Counted from the first letter of the stretch, positions 21,279 through 32,209 are shown. The stretch: DNA of 64,000 nucleotides from Chitinophagales bacterium (GCA_044227805.1 JBGAWA010000002.1:16654-80653); one strand, 5' to 3'. Notes: generated by a model from the sequence alone, not told the origin. Made by a program: numbers and translations.

Positions 21279-21569
21279 ATGAAAACGATATTCATTTTCA
21301 CCGTAGGGCTGCTGCTGGCAGGAATAGCCCATGCGCAGGATATAAATCATCCGCAGCCAAAAAACAAGACCACTGAAACGGAAACACAATCAACAGCTAT
21401 GGCAACGGATGCCGGAACGCTCGACCGCCTGCAAAGAGAAACAGAAGATATTTCCGTGATGAAACCCATTCTCTTTCTTGCCACCATCATTGACGAGAGA
21501 CTGGCACTTCGCCGGTTGGAAAAAGAATCAATTGCATCCGCTAAATCCCGTGAGACGGGTAGCAAGTAA
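21279..21569 (+). CDS. Small hypothetical secreted protein
   Basis: Signal peptide MKTIFIFTVGLLLAGIAHAQ, similar to the N-terminus of the preceding ORF. Followed by a terminator. Confidence 0.55.
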   Translation: MKTIFIFTVGLLLAGIAHAQDINHPQPKNKTTETETQSTAMATDAGTLDRLQRETEDISVMKPILFLATIIDERLALRRLEKESIASAKSRETGSK

Positions 21570-21588
21570 GGCTGCGATTGCCTGGGGA

Positions 21589-21623
21589 GAAGGCGGGAAT
21601 GGAAGAGCCCGCCTTCCTTTTTT
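21589..21623 (+). terminator. Rho-independent terminator
   Basis: GAAGGCGGG-aatggaagag-CCCGCCTTC followed by CTTTTTT. Confidence 0.8.
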
Positions 21624-21741
21624 CCGATGTCTTCCTAAGAAAACAGTGGTTAAATAGTTAATATATAGTTAATTTTACGGTCACCTCATTCAATAACTGT
21701 AACTTTTCAACGTTTTCATGCGTCTTCAAGAAAATGCATTT

Positions 21742-22020
21742 ATGAAATTCGCGAAATTACTTTTCTTCACTGCGTTCTTCACGGTCGCTCTCACCGCAGT
21801 CAGTCTGCCAATATTCATAAGCAACCAGGCTACGGCTGCTTGCCTGAGGGTAAGAACAGTGCCGCCTGCTTCCGATCAGAAGAAGAAGGAATCGGAGCAG
21901 GAAGCAACTCCAAAATCACCGGATAAAAACACGACAAAGCCCGCAACCGGATTCAACAGCAACGACCCAAACATTATGAAAGCCACGCTCGCCATAGCAG
22001 CCGGCGGCACTCCTAAATAA
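21742..22020 (+). CDS. Small hypothetical secreted/membrane-anchored protein
   Basis: MKFAKLLFFTAFFTVALTAVSLPIF N-terminus with a low-complexity K/E/P-rich tail. Followed by a terminator. Confidence 0.5.
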   Translation: MKFAKLLFFTAFFTVALTAVSLPIFISNQATAACLRVRTVPPASDQKKKESEQEATPKSPDKNTTKPATGFNSNDPNIMKATLAIAAGGTPK

Positions 22021-22043
22021 ATCATCAGCTATTTGCTGATAAT

Positions 22044-22078
22044 AAATCCTCCCAGCTTTTGCAGGAGGATTTTTTTTT
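22044..22078 (+). terminator. Rho-independent terminator
   Basis: AAATCCTCC-cagcttttgca-GGAGGATTT running into a T-run that ends at 22078. Confidence 0.85.
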
Positions 22079-22205
22079 GAGCCAGCAAATTGCATTTGGA
22101 TTTTCCTATTAAGCTCATTGCTGTTTTTAACCCACATCCAGATATTCAAAACATTATCGAGTTTTACCCGGCATGGAGAAGCATTTACTTCTTTGCAGAT
22201 AAGAA

Positions 22206-22366
22206 TTAAACCCACATTTTGCATTTCAAAAACGCATGGGGTTTAACCCCGACGCAGCACTGCTTAGGGTTTGCGAAACATTTTCTTTTCTTGAAAAAAT
22301 GAGTAAACTCTTAGCAGTGCTAAGTCGTAGCGAAGCGGGATTTTTCTACTGAAAAATCCGGGTTAA
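22206..22366 (-). repeat. Structured ~160-bp intergenic repeat, full copy (sub-family II), reverse orientation
   Basis: Near-exact reverse complement of 45052-45211, roughly 93% identity by eye. Followed by a partial re-duplication (ttaagtcgtagc at 22380-22391). Confidence 0.9.
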
Positions 22367-22486
22367 TAGGTTAGGGGGATTAAGTCGTAGCCTGGCCTAC
22401 ATAATGTGGTTGGCCATTGCAGAAAGAAAAACGGTTGACCCACTGGGATCAACCGTTAAAGGTGTGGTTATGAAAGAATCTTTCCG

Positions 22487-24061
22487 TTATTCAAAAAGTA
22501 TTTTGCCCTGAATTTCCTTTTTGTCCAATCCGATTTTCACCAGGTACAGTCCATTAACAAGACCTTCGCGGGGGATGCTTACTTCCATACTGTTGATGTT
22601 CTTTGTTTCACTTACCAGCCGTCCTGTCATATCAAACATCTGTACATATTTAATTTTTTGTTTCGGATCATCCAGTCGCAGCAGAAACGAAGTAATGGCA
22701 GGGTTGGGGAACATTTTAACATCCGATGCAAATACATCAGGCGTATGAACACCGCTGATGAAACCGGGAAGCTGCATGGACTGAACAACGCGTGGCGCCA
22801 GGTATCCCTGAATGGAATCAATGTAAGCGAGGCCTTTTGCTTTTGATGCATCAGGATTGGTGAGGAAAGAGTTCTGATAAATCACCGCAACGTTGGCCGC
22901 CGGCACTCCATAAGCAGGGGCAACAGTTTGCAGCGCAATGGAATCCCACCATTCCCACGGACCGGCCTGGCCATGGAAAGGATTGCCGGGAATAATGATG
23001 GACGGATCCGGCAAAATGAAGGGGAATAATCCTTCAAAGCCTTCGTTCACCTGATTGGCGCGGGTGGTATAGGGATCATTGTAAGGAATATCAAAGACAT
23101 CATTGTTTCCGAACTGATTGGCAAGCCGCACCACTTCGCGGCTGCCGCTTACATATACCACAAACTGTCCTGTAGTAGGAACAATTACATTACCATTGCC
23201 ATAAGGAGCAAACGGATCATTGGTAACATGAAAACAAACCATCGGAACGTCACCGGCTTCGAGCCAGCTGGAGTCGCCGATAGCACCGCCCATATTCACC
23301 ACCATGTTTACATCGTTACCATACTGTGGCCAGTTACCCTGGTTAAATCCGGTCAAGCCACCTAGGCCGTCATAGTCACCCCACAGTGCCTGGTTCACAT
23401 AGGGCTGTCCGGCAACAAATCCGTAACTCAGATCGGTCTCAGCAGCAATAAACTTCAGCAATTGAATTTCAGCCGTCTTATCGAGTGTAGCATACGCCAG
23501 GCAAACGTAACCGCCGGAACCCTGGCCCACCAGCATAATTCTGTTGGTGTCAACCTTAAAGGTGTTGCCCTGTACTTTTGCATCCATTCTAAAATAACGC
23601 ACGCATGTTTTGGCATCCTGAATTGCGCGATACACCGCCATCAGCAGTGTGCCTGTGCGAATATCCTGGGTGGCACCAACCGGATTCCATCCCAGGCGGT
23701 AATCCATTGAAGCGGCCACGTAACCGCGGCGTGCAAACTGTTTGCACATTTCCACCGTGGCACTGTCGTGTCGGTCACCGGTGGCTGTTCCATTAATCAA
23801 TAATGGCAGAAAGCTTCCGGTATGAAGATAGATCACCAACGGACGGGCTTGTGCCGTATCACCAGCCGGCTGGTAAACATCCATGACTAATGGCTGCAGG
23901 GCAGGCGTACCTGTTAACACGCCATAATTTTGTCCATACACAACAGGACCGGTAAAAGTGGTGGATGAAAATACTTCTTCAAAATAACGCTGCGCGGAAG
24001 TAGGTTGCGCAACCAGCAGCACAGCGAGAATTATGACAATAGATAGTAATGTTCTTTTCAT
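22487..24061 (-). CDS. Alpha/beta-hydrolase (esterase/lipase-like) with T9SS CTD
   Basis: Signal peptide. Hydrolase-like core (LVIYLHTGSF, MLVGQGSGGYV nucleophile-elbow-like). C-terminal VKMFPNPAITSFLLRL...GLYLVKI CTD. The catalytic assignment is tentative. Confidence 0.65.
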   Translation of the reverse strand: MKRTLLSIVIILAVLLVAQPTSAQRYFEEVFSSTTFTGPVVYGQNYGVLTGTPALQPLVMDVYQPAGDTAQARPLVIYLHTGSFLPLLINGTATGDRHDSATVEMCKQFARRGYVAASMDYRLGWNPVGATQDIRTGTLLMAVYRAIQDAKTCVRYFRMDAKVQGNTFKVDTNRIMLVGQGSGGYVCLAYATLDKTAEIQLLKFIAAETDLSYGFVAGQPYVNQALWGDYDGLGGLTGFNQGNWPQYGNDVNMVVNMGGAIGDSSWLEAGDVPMVCFHVTNDPFAPYGNGNVIVPTTGQFVVYVSGSREVVRLANQFGNNDVFDIPYNDPYTTRANQVNEGFEGLFPFILPDPSIIIPGNPFHGQAGPWEWWDSIALQTVAPAYGVPAANVAVIYQNSFLTNPDASKAKGLAYIDSIQGYLAPRVVQSMQLPGFISGVHTPDVFASDVKMFPNPAITSFLLRLDDPKQKIKYVQMFDMTGRLVSETKNINSMEVSIPREGLVNGLYLVKIGLDKKEIQGKILFE

Positions 24062-24276
24062 GTTGAGTGGTTTTTGGATTTATTTAATTCAACTAATGTA
24101 GGATAATTTTATTTAGGATTTGCAATAGTGCCGGTTCAAAAGTACCGGCGAAAGACAAGTGGAGGATTCACCAGTGAAGCAGTTGTATGCCAGGATGAAA
24201 CCTGCTGCAGGTTATGACGCTAACATGCGGGTTGAGATAGACTCCGTGTAATCCGTCAAATGAGACAGGAATAAAA

Positions 24277-25548
24277 TCAATCGATCATTTCCCAGCCTGT
24301 ATAGGGAATCAGTGCTGCCGGTATTTTAATGCCAGCGGCAGTCTGATTATTTTCCAGCAAGGTTGCCACAATGCGCGGTAAAGCGAGCGCACTGCCATTG
24401 AGCGTATGTGCCAATTGTATTTTGCCGTCTTTGTCTTTAAACCGGAGTTTCATGCGGCTTGATTGAAATGTTTCGAAATTGGAAACACTGCTCACTTCCA
24501 GCCATTTTTTCTGTGCTGCGCAGTACACTTCAAAATCATAGGTAAGGGCAGAGGCAAAGCTCATGTCGCCACCACACAGCCGTAAGATACGGTAAGGCAG
24601 TTCCAGTTTCTTTACAAGCCCTTCTACGTGTTTAACCATTTCATCTAATGCTGCATAGGAAGATTCCGGATGATTTATGCGTACGATCTCCACTTTATCA
24701 AACTGGTGTAACCGGTTCAGGCCGCGTACATCTTTGCCATAGGAACCTGCTTCGCGGCGAAAACACTGTGAATAGGCCGTCATCTTAACAGGCAACTGTT
24801 CTTCTTTCAGCAACATATCGCGATAGATATTGGTGACAGGGACTTCGGCGGTAGGGATCAGGTATAATCCATCTTCATTCACAAAGTACATTTGCCCGTC
24901 TTTATCAGGCAATTGGCCGGTACCAAAACCCGTATCGGCATTTACCAACAGTGGCGGCTGATATTCAGTGTAGCCGGCTGTCGTGGCATGGTCGAGGAAA
25001 AAGGAAATCAAGGCGCGCTGCAATTTCGCGCCTTTGCCTTTATAAAAAGGAAAGCCCGCGCCGGTTACTTTATTCCCTGTTTCAAAATCAATGATGTCGT
25101 ATTTGGCAGCCAGTTCCCAGTGCGGTTGTGCATTTTGCGGTAATGCGGGCATCGTGCCGCCTTCACGAACCACTACATTGTCTTCAGGCGATTTTCCATC
25201 CGGCACGAGCTCATTCGGCAGGTTGGGAAGACGGACGAGCAATTGCTGCAGCTGCTCTTCATGTGCTTTCAGTTTTTCTTCCAGTTTTTTTGCCTCATCG
25301 CGGTACTGAATGGACAGGGTGCGTTTTTCTTCGGCTGCTTCCTTTTTGCCTTGTGAGAAAAGTTGCCCTATTTCTTTCGATAATGCATTGGATTGACCAA
25401 GCAGCTGATCTAATTGCGCCTGCGTTTGCCTGCGCTCTGCGTCCAGGGAAATAATTTTTTCAATGGAATCTTTCGCATCAAAGTGTTTTTTTGCCAGGCG
25501 TGTAATGGCTGATTCTGTATTGCTCCTGAGATATTGAAGGGTAAGCAT
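24277..25548 (-). CDS. serS: Seryl-tRNA synthetase
   Basis: N-terminal coiled-coil arm plus class II core (FRREAGSYGKDVRGLNRLHQFDKVE, GSALALPR). Start moved to the ATG at 25548. Confidence 0.95.
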   Translation of the reverse strand: MLTLQYLRSNTESAITRLAKKHFDAKDSIEKIISLDAERRQTQAQLDQLLGQSNALSKEIGQLFSQGKKEAAEEKRTLSIQYRDEAKKLEEKLKAHEEQLQQLLVRLPNLPNELVPDGKSPEDNVVVREGGTMPALPQNAQPHWELAAKYDIIDFETGNKVTGAGFPFYKGKGAKLQRALISFFLDHATTAGYTEYQPPLLVNADTGFGTGQLPDKDGQMYFVNEDGLYLIPTAEVPVTNIYRDMLLKEEQLPVKMTAYSQCFRREAGSYGKDVRGLNRLHQFDKVEIVRINHPESSYAALDEMVKHVEGLVKKLELPYRILRLCGGDMSFASALTYDFEVYCAAQKKWLEVSSVSNFETFQSSRMKLRFKDKDGKIQLAHTLNGSALALPRIVATLLENNQTAAGIKIPAALIPYTGWEMID

Positions 25549-25590
25549 GCGGTAATTTTTTTGTAAAGATAGCACTACAGGGTCATGATA

Positions 25591-25748
25591 TACCCGGATT
25601 TTTCAATGGAAAAATCCCGCTTCACTACGATACAGCACTGTATAGGGGGTACTCATTTCTGTCAGAAAAGAAAATGTTTAAAAACCCAAGCAGTGCTGCT
25701 TCGGGGTTAAACACGTAGCAGTTTTGTACGGTACTGTGCGGGTTCAAA
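25591..25748 (+). repeat. Structured ~160-bp intergenic repeat, diverged full copy, forward orientation
   Basis: Module A is intact (cccggatttttcaatggaaaaatcccgcttc). The long stem and tail are recognisable but diverged (cagcactg...cagtgctg core retained). Confidence 0.8.
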
Positions 25749-25808
25749 CGCTGCTCAATACTAAGTCAGGGGTTGAAGCCTAGCTGCTGTAAAGTGCAAT
25801 CTCGGAGG

Positions 25809-26210
25809 TTACTTAATCTCCTCACACAATTCCATCAAAACACCATGGGTATTTTTAGGATGAACGAAGCAAACAAGCTTATTATCCGCGCCTCGTTTAG
25901 GCTCTTCGTTCAGCAATACAAATCCTTCCGATTTAAGCCGTCTCATTTCTTCGAGGATGTTATCCACAGCATAAGCCACGTGATGAATGCCTTCTCCTTT
26001 CTTTTCAATAAATCTTGCGATCACTCCATCCGGATCGCTTGATTCAAGCAGTTCGATTTTGTTATCGCCAATCCGGAAAAAGGAAGTGGTGACTTTTTCG
26101 CTGATCACTGCCTCAGTCTTGTAGTGCTGAACGCCCAATAATTTCCTATACGTTTCATTCGCCGTTGCGAGGTCTTTCACTGCAATGCCGATATGTTCTA
26201 TTTTTTCCAT
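25809..26210 (-). CDS. mce: Methylmalonyl-CoA epimerase (VOC/glyoxalase family)
   Basis: IEHIGIAVKDL...IELLE...GEGIHHVAYAV...HPK...GVLMELCE is the typical epimerase pattern. Confidence 0.85.
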   Translation of the reverse strand: MEKIEHIGIAVKDLATANETYRKLLGVQHYKTEAVISEKVTTSFFRIGDNKIELLESSDPDGVIARFIEKKGEGIHHVAYAVDNILEEMRRLKSEGFVLLNEEPKRGADNKLVCFVHPKNTHGVLMELCEEIK

Positions 26211-26294
26211 GAAAAAGAAGTGTTGCTGTAAACTTTTTGACTAATTTCGCGTTTAGATTAAGTCTAAATAAACAAAGACTGCTGCCTGAAATTT

Positions 26295-27512
26295 ATGTTA
26301 AAACTACCGATTTACCTCGATAACAGTGCCACCACACCCGTTGATCCAAGGGTATTGGAGCAGATGATTCCTTATTTCACGGAGAAATTCGGCAATGCGG
26401 CAAGCCGCAGTCATCCTTTCGGCTGGGTAGCGGAAGAAGCAGTGGATTATGCGCGGGAGCAAGTGGCCAAACTCATCAATGCCGATCCCAAGGAAATCAT
26501 TTTTACCTCCGGCGCTACCGAATCAAATAACCTCGCGTTGAAGGGTGTTTTTGAGATGTATGCATCCAAAGGAAACCACATCATTACCGTTACTACGGAA
26601 CATAAAGCAATTCTCGATACCTGCAAGCATATTGAAAAACTAGGCGGGCAGATCACCTATCTGCCGGTAAATGATAAAGGAGAAATTGACCTGCAGGCAC
26701 TGGAATCGGCGATCACGGATAAAACTATTCTTATTTCTGTCATGTATGCCAACAATGAAATTGGCGTCATGCATCCGGTGCGGGAGATTGCGGCAATAGC
26801 GAAAAAGCACGGGGTATTGTTTCACACGGATGCCACACAGGCAGTGGGAAAAGTGCCGGTGGATGTGCAGGCAGATGGAATTCACCTGCTGTCGTTTACG
26901 GCGCATAAGCTGTATGGTCCTAAGGGAATTGGTGCATTGTATGTGCGCCGTAAAAACCCACGGGTGAAAGTGACAGCGCAGATGGACGGTGGCGGGCATG
27001 AGCGCGCTATGCGTTCAGGCACCATGAATGTGCCCGGCATTGTTGGTTTTGGTGCGGCCTGTGAAATTTGCCGTCGGGAAATGGAACAGGAAGCCGCTCG
27101 GCTTTCCGCCTTGCGTGATAAACTGGAAACTGCTTTACTGAAGCTGGAAGAGGCCTATGTGAATGGTAACCCATCACGGAGGCTTCCTCATATCACCAAC
27201 ATCTCCTTTAAGTATGTGGAAGGAGAAGGGCTGATGATGGCGTTCAATAAGGACATTGCCGTTTCATCAGGAAGCGCCTGTACTTCAGCCTCCCTGGAAC
27301 CATCTTACGTGCTTAAAGCGCTGGGATTAGGGGATGACCTTGCGCATTCTTCCATCCGATTTTCGTTGGGACGATTTACTACGGAAGAACAGGTTGATTA
27401 CACCATACAGCGATTAACGGATGCGGTGAACAAGCTGCGGGAATTGAGTCCTCTTTGGGAGATGTTTAAGGAAGGAATTGATGTAAACAAGATCGAGTGG
27501 GCGGCACATTAA
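26295..27512 (+). CDS. iscS: Cysteine desulfurase IscS
   Basis: [39 protein letters not shown] (PLP lysine) and [17 protein letters not shown] (active-site Cys loop). Confidence 0.95.
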   Translation: MLKLPIYLDNSATTPVDPRVLEQMIPYFTEKFGNAASRSHPFGWVAEEAVDYAREQVAKLINADPKEIIFTSGATESNNLALKGVFEMYASKGNHIITVTTEHKAILDTCKHIEKLGGQITYLPVNDKGEIDLQALESAITDKTILISVMYANNEIGVMHPVREIAAIAKKHGVLFHTDATQAVGKVPVDVQADGIHLLSFTAHKLYGPKGIGALYVRRKNPRVKVTAQMDGGGHERAMRSGTMNVPGIVGFGAACEICRREMEQEAARLSALRDKLETALLKLEEAYVNGNPSRRLPHITNISFKYVEGEGLMMAFNKDIAVSSGSACTSASLEPSYVLKALGLGDDLAHSSIRFSLGRFTTEEQVDYTIQRLTDAVNKLRELSPLWEMFKEGIDVNKIEWAAH

Positions 27513-27566
27513 AAGGCACCACTCCATAAAAAAATAACTATTCACGAACAATTAATCAATAATCAC

Positions 27567-27986
27567 ATGGCTTATTCAGAAAAAGTGCTGGAACATTATG
27601 AGCATCCTAAAAACGTAGGAACGCTCGATAAAAGCAAGAATACCGTTGGAACAGGATTAGTGGGTGCACCTGAATGTGGTGATGTGATGCGGTTGCAGAT
27701 TGAGGTAGATCCCTCTACGCAAACGATTATTGATGCGAAATTTAAAACGTTTGGCTGCGGCTCCGCCATTGCCTCTTCTTCTTTAGCCACTGAATGGTTG
27801 AAGGGAAGAACCCTGGATGATGCCGCAACACTGGATAATATGGACATTGTGGAAGAACTTGCATTGCCTCCTGTGAAAATACACTGTTCTGTGCTGGCCG
27901 AAGATGCCGTTAAAGCGGCTATTAACGATTATCGTGTTAAGAATGGCATGGAGCCGATTAAGCTAAAAGAAAGTGTTGTTCATTAA
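27567..27986 (+). CDS. iscU: Fe-S cluster scaffold IscU
   Basis: GAPECGDVMRLQI, FKTFGCGSAIASSS and KIHCSVLAEDA contain the three conserved Cys. Confidence 0.95.
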   Translation: MAYSEKVLEHYEHPKNVGTLDKSKNTVGTGLVGAPECGDVMRLQIEVDPSTQTIIDAKFKTFGCGSAIASSSLATEWLKGRTLDDAATLDNMDIVEELALPPVKIHCSVLAEDAVKAAINDYRVKNGMEPIKLKESVVH

Positions 27987-28067
27987 TTCGTACTGTAATC
28001 AGGTGTTGGACAAAAGATCTGCAGGGTTTAATTTTCTTTCAGTCTTCCTTCATCAATTTCTATTACC

Positions 28068-28394
28068 ATGATTTCAATAAGTGAAAAGGCAAAAACAAAA
28101 GTAGAAGCGCTGTCACATGAGGCAGGGCTTGACAAAGATTATTTTGTACGGGTGTCTGTAGTAGGCGGAGGATGTTCCGGCCTTTCCTACAAGATGGATT
28201 TTGACAATGAATCGAAGAAAGACGATCAGGTCTTTGAAGACAAAGGACTGAAACTGGTTTGCGACCTCAAGAGCTTTCTCTATCTGTGTGGAACAGAGCT
28301 GGATTTTTCTGACGGGCTGAATGGCAAAGGGTTTCATTTTGTGAATCCAAATGCAACAAGAACCTGCGGATGCGGGGAGAGTTTTGCTGTGTGA
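28068..28394 (+). CDS. iscA: IscA/HesB-family Fe-S cluster insertion protein
   Basis: VSVVGGGCSGLSY...NPNATRTCGCGESF is the HesB/IscA signature. Confidence 0.9.
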   Translation: MISISEKAKTKVEALSHEAGLDKDYFVRVSVVGGGCSGLSYKMDFDNESKKDDQVFEDKGLKLVCDLKSFLYLCGTELDFSDGLNGKGFHFVNPNATRTCGCGESFAV

Positions 28395-28410
28395 TTGCTG
28401 AAAAATTATA

Positions 28411-28450
28411 ACAGGAAAGTCTCTTCATTTTTGTGAAGGGACTTTCCTGT
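28411..28450. terminator. Bidirectional terminator hairpin
   Basis: ACAGGAAAGTC-N18-GACTTTCCTGT followed by TTATTAT. Lies between the convergent stops at 28394 and 28474. Confidence 0.75.
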
Positions 28451-28473
28451 TTATTATACCTTCTGTTATGCGG

Positions 28474-30480
28474 TCAATTCTTCAAATGTCCGTCAAACCA
28501 ATCCTTTCTTCTTTCATAGCGGTCGCGAAGATAACTGGGGACACTGAGGCCGTGATATTGGTTTGGATAGATCACAAGCTGTGTTTCAACACCAAGGCTT
28601 TTTAATGCCTGGTACATTTGTTCTGAGTTGAGCAGCGGAACATTAAAATCTTTCGCTCCACACATAAAGAGTGTAGGTGTTTTGATTCTGTCAGCATGCA
28701 GAAAAGGCATGGAATTTTTCACATACGTATCGAAGTTTGCCCAGGGCGTTCCCAATTCCGCTTCATACTCACGGATATACATGTCGGTTCCATATCCTGC
28801 CAATGCATTACCAATGCTTGCTCCGCTGATGGCGCATTTAAACCGCTGATCGCGGGCGATTACATAATCGGTGGCGATGCCGCCATAACTCCAGCCTTCC
28901 ACTGCTAATCTGCCGGCATCGGCGATACCGTTTTTCACGAGGTAGTCAACACCTGATAAATCATCTTCAATATCTACCGATCCCCATGCCGCAAAAATCG
29001 CAGTGGCGAATTTTTCACCTTTGGTGGTGCTGCCACGGGGATTCATGGAAACGGTTACATAACCCCATGCCGCATACAACTGCCAGTCAAAGGCCCATTC
29101 ATTTTGATTCTGGCTGGTGGGGCCACCATGTATCTGCAGAATAGTGGGGTATTTTTTCCCTTCCACATAATCAGCGGGTAAAACCATGAAGCCGCTAATC
29201 ATTGTTCCGTCTTTGCTTTTTGACTGGAACTCTTTAGTGGTTGCCAGCTGATGCCGCGAGAGCCAGCCATCGTTCTGGTGAGAGAGTTTTCTGAAACCAT
29301 TTTCATCCTGCACAAAGATTTCTTCGGGTATCATCGGTGTCGTGTACTGCAGTGCTATTTTATTTTCCGCCAGCAAATGATAATTATAAACGGTATGCCG
29401 GCCGGTGATTACCTTTTTGATTTCCCCTCCATCAGCGGAAATTTTGTTCAGATCAAGATTTTGGTCGTCCTCAGCGATGAAGTAAATTTCCTTGCCATCC
29501 GGCGACCATTGCGGATTCCAGATATTGCGGTCATAGGAAGCCGTGATGATTTTTGCAGCACCGCCGGCTACCGGTACAACGGCCAGGTGTTGTGTGGCAT
29601 AATAAATTAATTTCAGCGGCCCGCCTGCTGTGTATGCGATGTATTTGCCATCCGGACTCCAGGAAGGGGGTGATTCATAAGAAGGATCATTATCATTACC
29701 GGTGTTCGTGGTGAGTTGACGTGGCACAGCATGCGGCCTGGCATCCACCACATATACATCATAATTATCATCGCGGTCCCAGTCTGAACGTGCGCGCTTG
29801 CTCACAAAGGCAATCTGTTTCCCATCCGGGCTCCAGGAGGGAAGCTGTTCTTCAAAATCGCCATCCACGATCCTGGCAGTATCGCCCGTCAATACATCCA
29901 TGACGAATAAATGTTTTCGTGAAGTGGTCAGATATCCTGCATAATCTTCCTTGAAATAAAAACGGTCGATCACGATCGGAACAGGTGTTTCGGTTCCTTC
30001 AATATATTTCGTAGTGTCGGTGACATTCACTATCAGTGCAATTTTTTTCCCATCGGGACTCCAGGCATAATCTTCCACACCACCGGCGAATGATGTCATT
30101 CTTTTAGCTTCGCCGCCATTGCGGTTCAACAGCCAAAGCTGATTGTTTTCATTACTGTCGGACCTGGAGGAAAGAAAGGCGAGGTAGTTATTGCCGGGCG
30201 ACCAGCGGGGCGTGGATTCACTTTCTTCTTTTGTATAGGTGAGCTGCAGTGTGGTTTTCCCATCCCACGCCGACATCCAGATATCGGTGGTGAAATCATC
30301 TGTATCAAAGTTGGTGGATGAAACGGTATAGGCCACCCAGTTGCCATCAGGAGAAATGCATGGTTCCGTGACGTCATGAATACTGTCGGCATCGGCGATG
30401 GTGACCGGTTTTTTTGGCGATTGTGCAAAGCAAAAAGTACAGGCAGTTACTGTGAGCAGTGTGAGCAGTGTAGGACGCAT
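28474..30480 (-). CDS. S9 family serine peptidase (prolyl oligopeptidase/DPP-like, N-terminal beta-propeller)
   Basis: TolB-like WSPDG repeats, GWSYGG nucleophile motif, C-terminal hydrolase domain. Signal peptide present. Confidence 0.9.
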   Translation of the reverse strand: MRPTLLTLLTVTACTFCFAQSPKKPVTIADADSIHDVTEPCISPDGNWVAYTVSSTNFDTDDFTTDIWMSAWDGKTTLQLTYTKEESESTPRWSPGNNYLAFLSSRSDSNENNQLWLLNRNGGEAKRMTSFAGGVEDYAWSPDGKKIALIVNVTDTTKYIEGTETPVPIVIDRFYFKEDYAGYLTTSRKHLFVMDVLTGDTARIVDGDFEEQLPSWSPDGKQIAFVSKRARSDWDRDDNYDVYVVDARPHAVPRQLTTNTGNDNDPSYESPPSWSPDGKYIAYTAGGPLKLIYYATQHLAVVPVAGGAAKIITASYDRNIWNPQWSPDGKEIYFIAEDDQNLDLNKISADGGEIKKVITGRHTVYNYHLLAENKIALQYTTPMIPEEIFVQDENGFRKLSHQNDGWLSRHQLATTKEFQSKSKDGTMISGFMVLPADYVEGKKYPTILQIHGGPTSQNQNEWAFDWQLYAAWGYVTVSMNPRGSTTKGEKFATAIFAAWGSVDIEDDLSGVDYLVKNGIADAGRLAVEGWSYGGIATDYVIARDQRFKCAISGASIGNALAGYGTDMYIREYEAELGTPWANFDTYVKNSMPFLHADRIKTPTLFMCGAKDFNVPLLNSEQMYQALKSLGVETQLVIYPNQYHGLSVPSYLRDRYERRKDWFDGHLKN

Positions 30481-30693
30481 GGTGATGATTTGTGTTGAAA
30501 GAACTTTGAAGTTATTCCTGTTTGTAAACTATGTTGACCTTATCGGTTGTCCGGTACAGTTGCCGGTTTTCCTGTATCAGCAGTTTGTTGCATCGAAATG
30601 CGAGCGGTGCATAAGCGTGGTTATCTTCTCTTATCTACTCTTCTTTCGCAGCTACGGCAATTATTTCCATCAATGGTTTTTGCAAAGAATCAA

Positions 30694-30737
30694 GCGAAAC
30701 CCAAATAGTGACTGCAAAAAATGGTTTGGGAAAAACC
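30694..30737 (+). repeat. Possible diverged solo tail module of the repeat family
   Basis: gcgAAACCCAAAtagtgaCTGCAAAAaATGgTTTGGGaaaa has the same stem-loop layout and CTGCAAAA-ATG loop core as the 3' hairpin of the repeat. Weak similarity. Confidence 0.35.
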
Positions 30738-30752
30738 AACTGCACATCACCC

Positions 30753-32079
30753 TTAATATCCCGGGTTCTGTACCAGGTTTTTATTTACTTGCAGTTCGCG
30801 TTGCGGAATAGGAAACACCAGCTTATCATCATTATAAGGCATTGTGCCCACTACTCCATGCAATCGTTTTATATCGTGGTACCTGAATCCTTCATGGGCA
30901 AGCTCGAGTCTTCTTTCCATCAATATATCATCCAATGTGACGGATGTAACGGCGGGAAGTGCAGCTCTTACATGCACCATGTTGTAGTCATCTGCCGGAT
31001 TGGCTCCGGTTGATGTGCCAAGCCGCAGGTTGCATTCCGCCCTCACAAGATACATTTCGGCGAGGCGGATGACGGCGATATTCGCATACTGGTTTTTCCA
31101 CTTACCGGAAAGGTAATCGCCGGAGCTGGTGTAAAAGAGGGATTTTCTCACATCACCATCCGGATAGAGGGCAAGGTGCGCATCTTCAATCAGTATATCA
31201 CGGCGGCCTCCGTTAGAAGCATTCGCGAAAAACTCATTCATCGAATTCTCACCATCCTGTTCAGAGATCTCTATTGAAAAAACTGATTCCTTGGTATCTT
31301 CCAATTGATTGAATACATCTTTATAAGCCGGTATAAGGCTGTATTTTCCCGATTCAATTACACGGTCAGCGGCATCGCGCGCATTGGCATAGTCGCCTTG
31401 CTGCAAATAAATTCTTGCCAGCACCGCTGCCGCCACAAATTTATCGGCATACACATTATTGCTTTCCGGCAACAGGCTCTCCGCCGAAGTAAGATCAGCG
31501 ATGGCCTGTGCATAACACTGCTCTACTGTGTTTCTTGCCGGAGTGGAGGATGCATCAATTACAATGGTTGGTGTAAGCACTATCGGTACCCCTAACTGAT
31601 TGTTAACCTGGCCGGGTTCATACTGCTGCCCGAAATAACGGGCCAACTCAAAATACATCCATCCGCGCAGGCATCTTGCTTCGCCTTCTACTTTTGCGCG
31701 GTCTTCTTCATTGACAACCGATAAGGCAGACAGCACGTTGTTACAGATGTTGATGCAGTTGTAGGCATCTGACCAAAGCGCTTCCACATCTGAATTCGTG
31801 ACGAGTATCTGCCGGTTAAAAATTTCACGCGGCGCTTCGAAAGTACCCACCCATAGCAACTCGCCTTCGCCGGCATAGAGTTCCGCGTTTCTGAGGATGT
31901 TGCCGCCAAACAGATCATCCTGCGACAATTCATCATACGCACCGGTCAACACTTGTTTTACGCTTGCATCGTTGCTGAGTGCTGTGGCGTTGGTAGAGAT
32001 CCTGTGCAGGTTGCAGATCGAAGGTGTCGGCACAGCCATTAAAAATCTAAAGCGCGGTGAGTATGGCTGCGGCCCGCAT
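30753..32079 (-). pseudogene. susD: SusD/RagB-family outer-membrane lipoprotein, 5' end disrupted (in-frame TAG plus frameshift)
   Basis: The 428-aa ORF has a SusD-like body and C-terminus (...FPIPQRELQVNKNLVQNPGY) but lacks a signal peptide. Upstream, another frame reads MRAAAILTAL-TAG-IFNGCADTFDLQPAQD (signal plus lipobox). This is broken by a TAG at 32047-32049 and a 1-nt frame change near 31995-32010. Confidence 0.8.
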
Positions 32080-32209
32080 TATTTTTTTTACCGCATCGAA
32101 TGGAAGACAGGTGTGAGGTGAAATCGTTCTCATGGAAGGAATATTATCTGGGGTAAGTTTTTTCATTTTATTTCATTGACGGGTTAGAAAATTGTTTCAA
32201 TAAAACAAA

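Noticed and set aside
32080-32166. Upstream extension of susD (MKKLTPDNIPSMRTISPHTCLPFDAVKKI...) from the ATG at 32166
   Set aside because: It is in frame with the signal peptide but is not signal-like and is not typical for SusD N-termini. More likely it is non-coding spacer, so I placed the start at the ATG at 32079.
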